Part shown: positions 27,721 to 38,233 of the stretch, piece after piece
Numbering within the stretch: position 1 is the first letter of the stretch
How the letters are laid out: the number at the start of each line of letters is the position of its first letter
Position numbers and translations under genes: made by a program
DNA from: a virus
Length of the DNA stretch: 64,000 bases
Virus record (IMG/VR): IMGVR_UViG_3300045999_007505
Reading direction: 5' to 3' (one strand)
Notes under the pieces: generated by a model
The model's input: the letters and a program-made list of their open reading frames with translations, nothing else
Database searches by the model: none
Told to the model about the DNA's origin: nothing

Positions 27721-29562
27721 TTATAAAATATTAGTTTCATCCAACATAGTACCAGAATCTAAATTCTCATCAATTGATTTAGATTTCAATGATTCCGTTA
27801 ATATTTTGGATGATTTTGTTTTTAAATATTTTAAAATATCGTGATTTTCTGCTGCAATGTTGTTAGCAGTTTTTGTTTTTACAAATGCTGGATCTGGTTG
27901 AAATGCTGTTTTTTGATTTTCTGGACGAAATGCTTGATCTAATTCCTTTTTACCCGTAGGATCCCATCCAAAGGCATTTTTATGTTGTCCAAACTTGATT
28001 CCTTCTTTTGGTCGACCACCTTTATCTTTTTCTTCTACTTCATTGGATGACATATGAATTGATGCTAAATCGTGTGGCGTTCCAAACGATGCGCCCGTCA
28101 CTGCTGGATCATTTCCTTCTTGTTCAATTTGATTTTGACGGAATCGCAATTTAAGATCTTCAATAACATTGGTTCTTTCTTGCAACCATTGATCTTCTGA
28201 CATATTAAATATAAACTCATATATGTATTTATCTGAAACTAATTTAGAATCTTTCATTGCGGTTGCAAGTGTCATCTTTTCAGTCATTAACGCAACTTTT
28301 TGTTGATCATAAATAATTGATGGTGCTGTTAATTCTAATTCAAATCCAACTAAATCTTCACCTTCAAAACCTTGCGTATACAAATGTACAATTGCAATTT
28401 TATATAATTCTGATGTTACTATTTTTTGAATACGTTCAATCGTTCTAGCAAACCGAATATCCATCGATGCTAATGTAGTTTTACCTTCTACTGCTTCTGC
28501 ATATCCTAAAAATGGTTTAGGAATTTTAAGTGCAGCCATCATCTTATCTTTAATATAAGTAATATCATCCATTCCGGTAAAAGTCATACCAGGTAATGTA
28601 TCAATTGCAGTAGTTGAATTGCCTCCGCGAACTGGTAAATAATAATCTTCTAACATGTTATTAAGATTAAATTTTAAATTGTAATTTCCAGTTTGCGGAT
28701 CTACGTGTGGAATTTTTTTCATCTTATTGATAATTTGTTCCATAAATGCATCTACTTCATTTGGCGGAATATTACCAATATCAATTTTAAAAATACGTTT
28801 TTCTGGAGCTCTCATGATGCGATGAATTAACATTGCATCTTCCATCATCATAAGTTTTTGAAATTCTTTTCGTGCACCTTCTAACATGGATCTACCATAT
28901 GGTAAAAAATTAGAATCTGACAACATACGAAAATGTGCTATTTCATATACGTCATATGTTGCTTGTTGATTCGCAACATGTTTAAATGAAATTTTATATT
29001 GACCCGTTGCTTCATCATATTCTTCCCAACGTTCGATTTCGTAGCTAGAAAATGGTCTTGCATTGATAATTCCAATTTCATCAGCAATATCCAATTTTAA
29101 AAAGAAATCTCCATATTTTGTCATGTTACGAATCCAAGTCCATAGATTGAATTCAATATTCAAAATATCATAAAATAAATTATAAAGAATTTTTTGTATT
29201 TTGGTATTGTTTGTTTTAATAGTTAAAATATCTCCAAATTGATCTGCTAATGTAGATTCATCTGAATATATATCTAATGCCGAACTAATTATTGGATCGC
29301 GATCCATCATTTCATAATCAGCATAAAGCTGCATACGATTTTGATGCATATAATAGTTGGAATCATATCCGCCCATACCTCCTACACGATGTTTGTTTGC
29401 ACCGTGCAATCTAGTATATCTATCAGCTACCTTAGTTTGATTTAAATTACCAACAGATTGCAATCTATTAGTATCTACTATCTTAAGTTTATCTTTACCA
29501 TATGCACGAACAATCACGTTCGTAGCAAAAAGATTTTGTAATCGTTTTCTTAATGTTGGCAT
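27721..29562 (-). CDS. gp20: Portal protein (gp20-like)
   Basis: YGRSMLE.ARK...MEDAMLIHRIMRAPEKRIFKIDIGNIPP; EDYYLPVRGG; IDTLPG; ALKIPK; DIRFARTIERIQ. Confidence 0.95.
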   Translation of the reverse strand: MPTLRKRLQNLFATNVIVRAYGKDKLKIVDTNRLQSVGNLNQTKVADRYTRLHGANKHRVGGMGGYDSNYYMHQNRMQLYADYEMMDRDPIISSALDIYSDESTLADQFGDILTIKTNNTKIQKILYNLFYDILNIEFNLWTWIRNMTKYGDFFLKLDIADEIGIINARPFSSYEIERWEEYDEATGQYKISFKHVANQQATYDVYEIAHFRMLSDSNFLPYGRSMLEGARKEFQKLMMMEDAMLIHRIMRAPEKRIFKIDIGNIPPNEVDAFMEQIINKMKKIPHVDPQTGNYNLKFNLNNMLEDYYLPVRGGNSTTAIDTLPGMTFTGMDDITYIKDKMMAALKIPKPFLGYAEAVEGKTTLASMDIRFARTIERIQKIVTSELYKIAIVHLYTQGFEGEDLVGFELELTAPSIIYDQQKVALMTEKMTLATAMKDSKLVSDKYIYEFIFNMSEDQWLQERTNVIEDLKLRFRQNQIEQEGNDPAVTGASFGTPHDLASIHMSSNEVEEKDKGGRPKEGIKFGQHKNAFGWDPTGKKELDQAFRPENQKTAFQPDPAFVKTKTANNIAAENHDILKYLKTKSSKILTESLKSKSIDENLDSGTMLDETNIL

Positions 29563-29610
29563 ATTTTTAACTATTTTAATATAAATATAACTAGTTGTAG
29601 AACTGCGATG

Positions 29611-31188
29611 TTAACGTATCAACCACGTTAAATCTTCATCATTGTGACCATTATTCCAAGTCCACCCATCAGCTGAATTTGAAGGTCGACCTGTATATAT
29701 TTTCGTTTCTGATTTTTGGAATTGTGAAAGTGCACGTTTATGCAATTCAATTCCTTGTTGTCGCAATTTAAGCGATGTATCTCGTAACCATAATCCAATA
29801 CAAAATGCCATAACGAGGTCATCATTATACCCACCTTGTGATTGTGCTTTACCATTTAACCAAACAAATACAAATAATTCTTGTATTAATCGTTTAGAAC
29901 GAATTACTGGAGTTCGTTCTCGCATATACATTTCAAGTGCTGATATCATTAATGGACGTGTACGTGAGGTTGTAGATACGCCAGGGACCATTTGAGTCTT
30001 ATCCTTCATATCATAACCTTTTTTAAGTTGTACATCTATATCAACATATCCATCATCTTTATATGTATAAAATAAATTTTCATATCCTCGGTCTAACGCC
30101 GGTTGTATTGCCGCCCAACCAATATTGGCATTTTCAATTGCTAGTAATGCATTATTCCATTCTGTTGCAACTGACACGAGCATATTACCAAAATCCTTAG
30201 GTGGCATTTTTCCTTTATATTCAGCAACTTGTGATATGTTTTCTACATCAATAACATGAAAAGTAGACCAGTCGGCACCATCGCCGCGCGCGACGTCAGC
30301 TACTACTATATAATTTTTTTCATAGTTCGGATATTCCCAAATCCAATAGCCGTTATCAAAGCCTCTACGTTCAATTGGTTCACTGCATTTATTTTCATAA
30401 TCTAGCAGTATAGCCCCATCTATTACAGTATGACCGGATGAAATAAAGTCGCAATCACATTCTTGTGCCGCACCTCGTTCTCCTAACAATTGAGTTTGTT
30501 CATCTCGCCATTGTTGATCGCGGTCTGGATGTACGGTCCAATGTAGTTTAATTGTATGAAATCCATTAATTTCTTGCTCAGCTTCTGACCATACCGAATG
30601 AAACCAATTACCCACACCATTCGGCGTAGACAATACAATCGCCCCACCACCTGTTGATAATGTTGCTTGCGATGCAATCCAAATTTCTTCAATGTTTCTA
30701 ATGAATGCAGCCTCATCTATAATTAACAACGATAATGCTTCCGAACGTGCTCCTGTGGTTGCGGATGAAACTGCTTTAATTTGCGAGCCATTTCTAAATT
30801 TTAAAGAAAGCTTATTATCTGCTTCAATATTTCCTTTTAACCAACTAGGTAAATTGTCGTGCATTACCCGTACTTTTGTTACTAAGTTTTTTGCTACTTC
30901 TTGAGTTGTTGCAATAACAAGTACGTTGAAATCTTCTTTGAATAACATGCTCCAAAGAGCAAAGCCAGCTGACAATGTTGATATACCTAACTGACGAGAC
31001 TTTAATATTACATTGTAACGATTATCTCGTAATTCAGTTAATGTATCTTCCTGAAAAGAATACAAATTAAATTTAATCTTACCACGTTTAGGATGTTGTA
31101 TATAACAATATTGCCGCATAAAAAAAACAGGATCTTTAGCACACATCGTGTACTGTTGTTGTATAATCTGTTTTATATTTTGTGACAT
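29611..31188 (-). CDS. gp17: Terminase large subunit (gp17-like)
   Basis: KSRQLGIST Walker A, LIIDEAAF Walker B, STPNG, QECDCDF, RNase H DVARG...DDLVMA. Confidence 0.95.
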   Translation of the reverse strand: MSQNIKQIIQQQYTMCAKDPVFFMRQYCYIQHPKRGKIKFNLYSFQEDTLTELRDNRYNVILKSRQLGISTLSAGFALWSMLFKEDFNVLVIATTQEVAKNLVTKVRVMHDNLPSWLKGNIEADNKLSLKFRNGSQIKAVSSATTGARSEALSLLIIDEAAFIRNIEEIWIASQATLSTGGGAIVLSTPNGVGNWFHSVWSEAEQEINGFHTIKLHWTVHPDRDQQWRDEQTQLLGERGAAQECDCDFISSGHTVIDGAILLDYENKCSEPIERRGFDNGYWIWEYPNYEKNYIVVADVARGDGADWSTFHVIDVENISQVAEYKGKMPPKDFGNMLVSVATEWNNALLAIENANIGWAAIQPALDRGYENLFYTYKDDGYVDIDVQLKKGYDMKDKTQMVPGVSTTSRTRPLMISALEMYMRERTPVIRSKRLIQELFVFVWLNGKAQSQGGYNDDLVMAFCIGLWLRDTSLKLRQQGIELHKRALSQFQKSETKIYTGRPSNSADGWTWNNGHNDEDLTWLIR

Positions 31189-31189
31189 A

Positions 31190-31570
31190 TTATTTTAAGA
31201 TTTCATTGATTAATATTCCAGAGCCTAATGTTGTAAGTATTCCTGCAGTAAACCATAATCCTTTTGATTCATACCATTTTGGTTTAAGGTAACGTTCTCT
31301 ACGAATATATATTTCTACGTTTTCTTGCAATAGAGCAATTTGTTGATCTTTGTAACGTAGTTGCAATGAATCTAATTTAATTAATTCGTCATGCTGTTTT
31401 GATAATGTAACATACTTATCAATTATTGCATTGTTAATTGAATCTAATGCATATAATGAATCTAATGTATATGAAATATCAACAATTTCTTGTTGCGTAA
31501 AACACGTATCAGGTTTTGTTTGCGTTAATGCAAATACCGGAAATAATAATATAACTAATAAACGTTTCAT
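31190..31570 (-). CDS. Secreted or membrane coiled-coil protein (spanin-like candidate)
   Basis: N-terminal signal-like sequence, coiled coil, C-terminal KWY..hydrophobic helix. Confidence 0.45.
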   Translation of the reverse strand: MKRLLVILLFPVFALTQTKPDTCFTQQEIVDISYTLDSLYALDSINNAIIDKYVTLSKQHDELIKLDSLQLRYKDQQIALLQENVEIYIRRERYLKPKWYESKGLWFTAGILTTLGSGILINEILK

Positions 31571-31571
31571 A

Positions 31572-31907
31572 TTATTTTCTCGATTTACGTCCTCGACGTG
31601 TTTTATTTAAAATATTTTGTTTTGCTTCTTCTACAGGTTTTTCTTCTACTTGTAGTTCTTCTTTAGCTGTTTGCAATTCTTCAATTTCTGTTTTAGTTTC
31701 TTGAATTTCTTCTTTTATTTCAACACGCTGTTCTTCGATAGCTTCTGTTTTGCCTTGAAGCTGATCAATTTTTTGATTATTGTCATCAAGTTTTTTATCA
31801 GTTTTTTCAATTTTCTTTTTATTAAGTTTATCACTTACAAAAATAGCAGCAATGATTGCTAAAATTACTCCGGCAATAACTGCCCAATATTTTTTAATTG
31901 TTTTCAT
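31572..31907 (-). CDS. N-terminal TM + coiled-coil protein (i-spanin-like candidate)
   Basis: MKTIKKYWAVIAGVILAIIAAIFVS followed by a long charged coiled coil. Confidence 0.5.
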   Translation of the reverse strand: MKTIKKYWAVIAGVILAIIAAIFVSDKLNKKKIEKTDKKLDDNNQKIDQLQGKTEAIEEQRVEIKEEIQETKTEIEELQTAKEELQVEEKPVEEAKQNILNKTRRGRKSRK

Positions 31908-32529
31908 TTGATTCTCCATTTAATCGTTTTATAAAATTTTCTTTGAATTTATCCCATTCTTTTTGTATTGTATTTTCAAATTCCTCAGGTGTCATTTTTG
32001 CCGACCAAGTTTCTGTAATACCTTCACTATTACTTACAAATTTCATTGATTCGGTATATGCTTGTTTTAAGAGTTCAACATCTCGTTCTGCATTACGTAA
32101 CCATGCTAATGCATTTTCATGAATTTTATTGCGTTCGTATTCTTCATACGTTCCGGTATTTTTTAATTCATGTTCCATTTCAATTACACAATCGAAACAC
32201 ATACCATGAACTTTTCTCATTTGTTGATCTAAATGATGTGTACCAACACATGTACATACGTCTTTTCTACAATTGGGAAATGCACGTAATTCATCTCTTA
32301 CGGATTGAAATATATCAGAATTTTTTGTTTTTCGAATTCGAAAACCTTCACGCTGTTCTACAACATATACGTTTCCATTTGCATCAGTTTCTTCCCAAAC
32401 ATCGCCAACTTCTCGATGTTCTGATTTGTTTTTTGCATCAGAAAACCCTACAGTTTTTTTGGTTTGAAACTTATGAGTGCCGTCCAACATTTGTTGAACA
32501 GCTTTAATGTTTTGTAACTTTTTTGACAT
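31894..32529 (-). CDS. Hypothetical Cys-rich (zinc-binding) protein
   Basis: REVGDVWEE; C..DVCTC...HGMCFDC. Confidence 0.7.
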   Translation of the reverse strand: MSKKLQNIKAVQQMLDGTHKFQTKKTVGFSDAKNKSEHREVGDVWEETDANGNVYVVEQREGFRIRKTKNSDIFQSVRDELRAFPNCRKDVCTCVGTHHLDQQMRKVHGMCFDCVIEMEHELKNTGTYEEYERNKIHENALAWLRNAERDVELLKQAYTESMKFVSNSEGITETWSAKMTPEEFENTIQKEWDKFKENFIKRLNGESNENN

Positions 32530-32535
32530 GTAACT

Positions 32536-33411
32536 TTATTTTTTATTTTTATGTTCTTGACCAAACTTTGCTAATTTTTTTGTAGTTGCAATTTTTATCA
32601 TTTTATAAGTATTTGCAATATCAGCTGCATCTAAATCTTTTGTAGCTAAATTAAGAACTTTTAATATATCTTTAACTTTAGCTATATTTCCATCTTGTTT
32701 ATTTAAATGTTTAACAAATCGATCAACATCTAATGCTTGTTTTGTTTCTGGAGAAATTTCTTTTTCTGCTTCTTTGTCTGCATCTGGTTCAGCGGCAGCA
32801 TCTGGTTTAGCAGCTGCATCGGGAGCCGGAGCTTCTGGTGCTGGTGGTGCTGGTGGTGCAGCAGGTGGAGGTGTAGCAGGAGCTCCTCCGGGTGCAGGTG
32901 CTTCTGCAGGTGGAGCAGGTGCTTCTGCAGGTGGAGCAGGTGCTTCTGCAGGTGGAGCAGGTGCTTCTGGGGCGTCAGCTGGAGCAGGTTCGCCTGCCTC
33001 TTTTATTATTTTTGCAATTTTTCTGCGAACATATTCTCTAACCAATCGTTCGTGCTGTTCGCGAGTCAAATTTTCAATTTTATCTTGTAATACATCTGCA
33101 GTTTCTTTTTCTTCTGCATCTTGTCGTTTTTTTAATCGTTTAGCGGCAGTCTTTGGATCATAATCGCCATCTTCAATATCTTTATATAAACGATCATCAT
33201 CATTATATGTTGGATATAGTTTACCGTCATCTTGCATTTGTTTGTCTCGCTTACGCAAAACATTATGTTGCATATCTCCAGTAGTTTTAGGATTCATTCC
33301 GCCTTTTTTATCATCTGCGGTATAATCTTTAAGATCTTTTCTTAGTTTTGGTTTTTGAGACTTCTCAAAATCTTTCGGTGTTTTATACTTGCTTTTATGT
33401 CGTTCAGCCAT
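32536..33411 (-). CDS. Hypothetical protein with Pro/Ala-rich linker (putative internal virion protein)
   Basis: Probable start MAERH; LVREYVRRKIAKIIKE followed by (APAPPAE)n; ATATTTAT motif upstream. Confidence 0.7.
   Translation of the reverse strand: MAERHKSKYKTPKDFEKSQKPKLRKDLKDYTADDKKGGMNPKTTGDMQHNVLRKRDKQMQDDGKLYPTYNDDDRLYKDIEDGDYDPKTAAKRLKKRQDAEEKETADVLQDKIENLTREQHERLVREYVRRKIAKIIKEAGEPAPADAPEAPAPPAEAPAPPAEAPAPPAEAPAPGGAPATPPPAAPPAPPAPEAPAPDAAAKPDAAAEPDADKEAEKEISPETKQALDVDRFVKHLNKQDGNIAKVKDILKVLNLATKDLDAADIANTYKMIKIATTKKLAKFGQEHKNKK
32894..32969 (-). repeat. 21-bp tandem repeat (x3.6) encoding APAPPAE
   Basis: gcaggtgcttctgcaggtgga repeated exactly three times plus a partial copy. 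Confidence 0.95.
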
Positions 33412-33439
33412 AATTTGTTCCAATTTTAATATAAATATA

Positions 33440-35491
33440 TCATCGTGCGTATTTCAATACTCCTAGTATCTGATTAACAGGTGCAAATGCTCCGGTAAGT
33501 TTGTATGTATTTCCGCCGTATGTAAATACAACTCCCTCCGAAGGAACAATTTGATCAAATCCGCCAAGTTTCTCAATGCGTTTAAGTTCTAATTCTAATT
33601 TTGCAACGGTTGATGGATTTGGATTGGTTTGCAATTCTCTAATAAGTTCAGCTAATTCTTGTTTAATTGTTTGTACCGTTTTTGATGGATTTGCTGCTAA
33701 GAAATTTTCTGCATTTTTTAATGCTACTGCACCTAATCTTAAAAACAATGTTTCAAACGGTTCCATATTTTGTTTATAATATCGTTTGAATTCATTTTTA
33801 TCAAATTCTTGAACCCAATTTAAAAATTCTGGATTTGTGATTAATTTCTTAAGTGCCGTAATACTTTGTGATTTATCAAAGAATGCCCAACGGTTTATTA
33901 ATGCGTTTAAAACATCTTCTGAAATATCATATCCCATTTTATCGGCTTGCGTTTTAATAACATCTCGCCACCATGCTTTATGATATTCAGCTATTTGATC
34001 TGTTTCTTTTAAACCAAATTTAGATCGTAATTGATCAATTTCATTAAAGAATGCAGCTTGTTGATCTTCAAAATTAGATATTCTACCAATTTTAATTTTT
34101 TGAGGTGGAATAAAGGAAAATGTTTTTTGCATATGTGCATTTGCATCTTGAATAATTTGTTGAACCATTGCACCACCGGTTAAATCCGTTTCGACTATAT
34201 TACCTTGTTCATCATATTCAACCAAATTATGAAATTGCAAATGTGCTTTATCATATGATATAACATTTTTAGTTGCAGGATAAATAATTTCCATGTTTGC
34301 AAATACTCGACCATTTTTAAATATTTGTGCTAATCTATCTGCAGGTATACGTTGTAATGATTCTGTTAAGTCTTCAGCACATGCGCTATATGCATCTACT
34401 ACTGTTTGATATGTAGCTCCTGCTTGTGCTCCATTTTTTGCAATTGATTCACGTTGTTTGCGTTGAAAATCAGCAATTAATTCTGCAGGAGTCATTGGAT
34501 TAATAATAGTTCCTTTGTTTCGTGCAAATCCCGGTTGGCCGTTTTTCCAAGTAACTTGAATATTTTGACCATCGGTTTTTTCTGTAACTGCAGCTTCAAT
34601 ATCTAAACGCCCTTCTAATGCACGAGATACTATTTCTTTCATGTCATTAAAAGTTAAACCATGATCGTCCCATGGGTGTGCCATATGTCCAGCTGCGCCG
34701 CCTTCCATTAATTTTGCACCATATACGGTTTTTGGAAATTTATCAAAATCATATACAAATGATCTATCATCTTGTTTATCTAAAAATTTGTTTAATTTAT
34801 TGATCTTGTTTTTATGTCGACGCGTTTCTGCATTGTTCATTGTAGCAGCAAACATTTCATCAACTTCTTCTTGTAATTGTTTTGTCCACCATTCTTTTGA
34901 AAACAATGCTTCTTGTAATCCTGTTGCAATTTGCCATGCATTTTTTACAACTGCATCTTTAAATTGAGGATATGATGCACGAAATGTTTCATAATCTCGA
35001 TCTACTATTGCTTTACGTACTATAGTTGCTGATATAGGTGTGCCATCTGCATATGTTTCCGGATCTACGTCTATACTTAATTCGGTAGCATCAATTCCTA
35101 TAGGAATTTTACGTCCTTTTTTATCGCCAATCGTTGCATACTTATCTACATTAGGAACAAATGTTTTTGCTCTAACATAATCATCTCCTTTTGCGGAAGC
35201 TGCCATGGCATAACGGCCCGTTGCATCCGTAGGTAATGCAAATAAATATTCGTATGCGGCTAATATTGGTGAATTGAATTCGGTAGGTCGAATTTGAATA
35301 TCTGGATTATCATTGAGAAGATTAAACATTTCGATAGTTTGTTCTCTAGTAATACTGTCTCGCGATTGCGGCCCAATAAGCATAATTACTTGACCTACTT
35401 GTGGAGATTCAGCATACCGTTGAGCCAATGCTAAATGAGCTCCTGTTAATGGTTTAAATCCTCCGGGAAATAAAACTGTTATTTTATCCAT
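33440..35491 (-). CDS. Two-domain protein: HIGH-type nucleotidylyltransferase + KxDG ligase-like nucleotidyltransferase domain
   Basis: N-terminal FPGGFKPLTGAH and ISATIVR; C-terminal EGGAAGHMAHPWD, TEKTDGQN, SEGVVF..KLTG. Start moved to MDKITV (35491), just after the ATATTTAT motif. Confidence 0.7.
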   Translation of the reverse strand: MDKITVLFPGGFKPLTGAHLALAQRYAESPQVGQVIMLIGPQSRDSITREQTIEMFNLLNDNPDIQIRPTEFNSPILAAYEYLFALPTDATGRYAMAASAKGDDYVRAKTFVPNVDKYATIGDKKGRKIPIGIDATELSIDVDPETYADGTPISATIVRKAIVDRDYETFRASYPQFKDAVVKNAWQIATGLQEALFSKEWWTKQLQEEVDEMFAATMNNAETRRHKNKINKLNKFLDKQDDRSFVYDFDKFPKTVYGAKLMEGGAAGHMAHPWDDHGLTFNDMKEIVSRALEGRLDIEAAVTEKTDGQNIQVTWKNGQPGFARNKGTIINPMTPAELIADFQRKQRESIAKNGAQAGATYQTVVDAYSACAEDLTESLQRIPADRLAQIFKNGRVFANMEIIYPATKNVISYDKAHLQFHNLVEYDEQGNIVETDLTGGAMVQQIIQDANAHMQKTFSFIPPQKIKIGRISNFEDQQAAFFNEIDQLRSKFGLKETDQIAEYHKAWWRDVIKTQADKMGYDISEDVLNALINRWAFFDKSQSITALKKLITNPEFLNWVQEFDKNEFKRYYKQNMEPFETLFLRLGAVALKNAENFLAANPSKTVQTIKQELAELIRELQTNPNPSTVAKLELELKRIEKLGGFDQIVPSEGVVFTYGGNTYKLTGAFAPVNQILGVLKYAR

Positions 35492-35513
35492 TATGTTCCA
35501 TTTTATATAAATA

Positions 35514-38207
35514 TTAGAATTTTGGTAATGCCGGCGTAATTGTCGATCCACCAACAACTCTACTAGTACGCCAAACAAAGTTTTTCATTTTTAATGTTCC
35601 TGTTGCTGCAGTTGCACTCGTATATGCAACTAAATATATTTGAGCGTACATACCTTGTCGTTCTGCAAACGTTGTACTAACTGTTACTTCAGAAGTTTGT
35701 GCTCCGGATTCTATAGTAGTAGCCGGGACGCTAGTTCCGATTGCAATTGGATTTCCGATAGATGCATCATCTTGAAATGCACCATAATAACCAGATCCAA
35801 CTATTGGACCTAAACTAGCTGTTGATACATATGCACGCATTTGGCAAGTAACTGCTGCCCCTGATGTATTGTTAATTTCATATGTAAATGAAACTTGACA
35901 CTTAGTTTCTCCTGGTAAAATATATGTTTGAAATACAGATGCAGTTTGTGCATTAGTTGCACCGTTATCAATTAATGATAAATCTAATGAAGTTTCCGAT
36001 TGATTAAAATAAACTATTCGTCCAATATTGGCTCCATCAACAAATTCATTATTAGAATCAAATAGTACTTCTCCTCCTTGTACTGCAATAAATGAAGATG
36101 CTGTTACATTGCCTTGTGCTGTTAAATGAAATCCGCTAGCAGAAATTTCAATATTACCATTAGCACCACTTATAAAGGTTGTTGCAGGATTGCCAAAAAA
36201 GAATCTATTCGTACGAACATCAATTTCAGAATCTGTAGTTGAATATCTAAAATAACTTGCTGTATTTGCATAAAGTTCTAATCCTACGCCAGTATATGCA
36301 GCGCCGCCTTTTGTCCCGGCACTATTAGGTAATGCCGATCCAGACCAAAGTAAGAATCCAGGAAAGCCGGCATAAAACCCTTCATATCCCAACGATCTAA
36401 CAAATCCTGAATTTGGATATCCGCTGATTGCAACACCACTATTCAATGAATCGGCAACATATAAAGAACCAGTAAGCATTGAATAATCGCCATCGATGTA
36501 TCGATTACCCCCTTGCCAATTTTTATCATAAACATATGATATTTGTTTGCTTTTTACTCCGGCTACATTGTAATATTCTGTTTTAAATGAAATTTGATTG
36601 TCAATTTTATGTGTAGTTTGAATTGGCGTTTTAATTCTTGTATAATTAGGAGAATATCCGGCATCATTATCTGTAGTAACGTGTATATCCGAAACTTGCC
36701 ATTCTCCTGATTCTACTACTAGTAATACTACACCAGTACCATCAAAGTCTGCTTCGAAACTAAATATTTGATCATCAAATCTTTGATTTCCGTATGACGT
36801 TAATTCGCCGATTCGTTTACCAAATTTTACAGGAAATGATTGATTAAAATAATCGGTAGGGTCTTGATAAAAACTGCTACCAGATAAATATATTGATAAT
36901 TTTGCAGTAGCTGCAGAAATTGTTGTACCTAATGCATCTAAAGAAATTTTATATGAAGAATCTTTTAAAAAGATTCCTTGATATGATGAACTTATTTGTG
37001 CAACCTGTACAGAATTAGGAGATGTAATATTAATTGAACTAGAAATTAACATTGCATTTGATAATGACGATGTAATCCATTGCAATGTAGTTGGAGTTAT
37101 TTCAGACCCATTTTGATATGTATGAGGTTGCCAATATGTATTGATAACGCTTTGAGATGTAAATATTCCAATTGATTGATCTGGAAATAGCGATGATGTA
37201 CTAGAAATAAAAATTTCTGTATCTTCTAATTCAAAATCATTAACTAATTCCCAAGTACCAACCGTACCTTTATTGTTTGTAAAAACTTTAATGCGTGCAA
37301 TATCTCCAGTTGCTGGTTGTAAATTTTCAATTTGTATGAGTGCAAATGATTGTGAATTTTCTGTTGGAACATAAGTTGGCGTTGCTTCATATTCTATAGA
37401 AAATGTAGATGCATCAAATGAATCATATGTGTGAATATATACGCTTTGGCTGCTAAATGCTGTATATTCTGTTTCTAATAATGCCAATGATGGCGATAGT
37501 ACCTTTGATATCTTAGAAACATACGCCGTTGTAGATATAGGATATGTAGCCGTAGGACGAGGATTGATTGGATTCGACACTGTAATAGTACCACCAGTCA
37601 TATCTGCATCAAATTGTCCGCCGGTTATAGAAATTGCCGGTTGTTCATTATACGAAAAATATGTAATTGTGCCGGTACTATAAGTTGGAAATTGTGTGTT
37701 ATTTGGATATACTCGATCTAATTGTACTCCAATTTGTTCTGAAACTAATACAGTTGGTAATGATTCAAAAATAATTTCAGATTCATTTGCCGTTACTGGA
37801 TTAACTGGGCATGACCGAGTCCACCGTACGTTAGTTTTATTTTGCCAATCTGCAGTTACTTGTTGTCCTTCAATATTTACTGCTTCACCTGTAATAATTA
37901 CAGTACAATCACCTGGAGATGTTGTATCATAAACATATATTGCTATTACGCGTGATTTGTCTTGATCTAAATAATCTACTACTTCATGATAAATTGGATC
38001 GCCATTATAATCTAATATTTCAATTCCTAGTAAACTTCCAACTTTTAAATTTGTTGGATTTCCTTGAAACTTAAATAAATTTTTTCCTGCAGTTAAGCGT
38101 ACTGGAAATTCTGTTATTTGAAAATATTCAGGCGAAGTTAGTGATGTGTCTTCGAATAAAACAGGAATTAAATCTAATCCAGAATATATTGCTTCTTTGC
38201 GTTTCAT
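35514..38207 (-). CDS. Large virion structural protein (tail/baseplate)
   Basis: 897 aa, beta-rich and SGS-rich; YFQITEFP..LTAGKNLF N-terminal domain; ATATTTAT motif upstream. Confidence 0.6.
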   Translation of the reverse strand: MKRKEAIYSGLDLIPVLFEDTSLTSPEYFQITEFPVRLTAGKNLFKFQGNPTNLKVGSLLGIEILDYNGDPIYHEVVDYLDQDKSRVIAIYVYDTTSPGDCTVIITGEAVNIEGQQVTADWQNKTNVRWTRSCPVNPVTANESEIIFESLPTVLVSEQIGVQLDRVYPNNTQFPTYSTGTITYFSYNEQPAISITGGQFDADMTGGTITVSNPINPRPTATYPISTTAYVSKISKVLSPSLALLETEYTAFSSQSVYIHTYDSFDASTFSIEYEATPTYVPTENSQSFALIQIENLQPATGDIARIKVFTNNKGTVGTWELVNDFELEDTEIFISSTSSLFPDQSIGIFTSQSVINTYWQPHTYQNGSEITPTTLQWITSSLSNAMLISSSINITSPNSVQVAQISSSYQGIFLKDSSYKISLDALGTTISAATAKLSIYLSGSSFYQDPTDYFNQSFPVKFGKRIGELTSYGNQRFDDQIFSFEADFDGTGVVLLVVESGEWQVSDIHVTTDNDAGYSPNYTRIKTPIQTTHKIDNQISFKTEYYNVAGVKSKQISYVYDKNWQGGNRYIDGDYSMLTGSLYVADSLNSGVAISGYPNSGFVRSLGYEGFYAGFPGFLLWSGSALPNSAGTKGGAAYTGVGLELYANTASYFRYSTTDSEIDVRTNRFFFGNPATTFISGANGNIEISASGFHLTAQGNVTASSFIAVQGGEVLFDSNNEFVDGANIGRIVYFNQSETSLDLSLIDNGATNAQTASVFQTYILPGETKCQVSFTYEINNTSGAAVTCQMRAYVSTASLGPIVGSGYYGAFQDDASIGNPIAIGTSVPATTIESGAQTSEVTVSTTFAERQGMYAQIYLVAYTSATAATGTLKMKNFVWRTSRVVGGSTITPALPKF

Positions 38208-38233
38208 CGTATGAAATATCTTTTATATAAATA

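Noticed and set aside
27721-31188. Inteins or introns in portal or terminase
   Set aside because: Lengths are ordinary, motifs are contiguous, and no intein or homing-endonuclease signature is seen.
35492-35578. Longer N-terminus of the nucleotidyltransferase ORF given in the track
   Set aside because: It overlaps the upstream gene and spans the ATATTTAT motif; MDKITV at 35491 fits the domain start.
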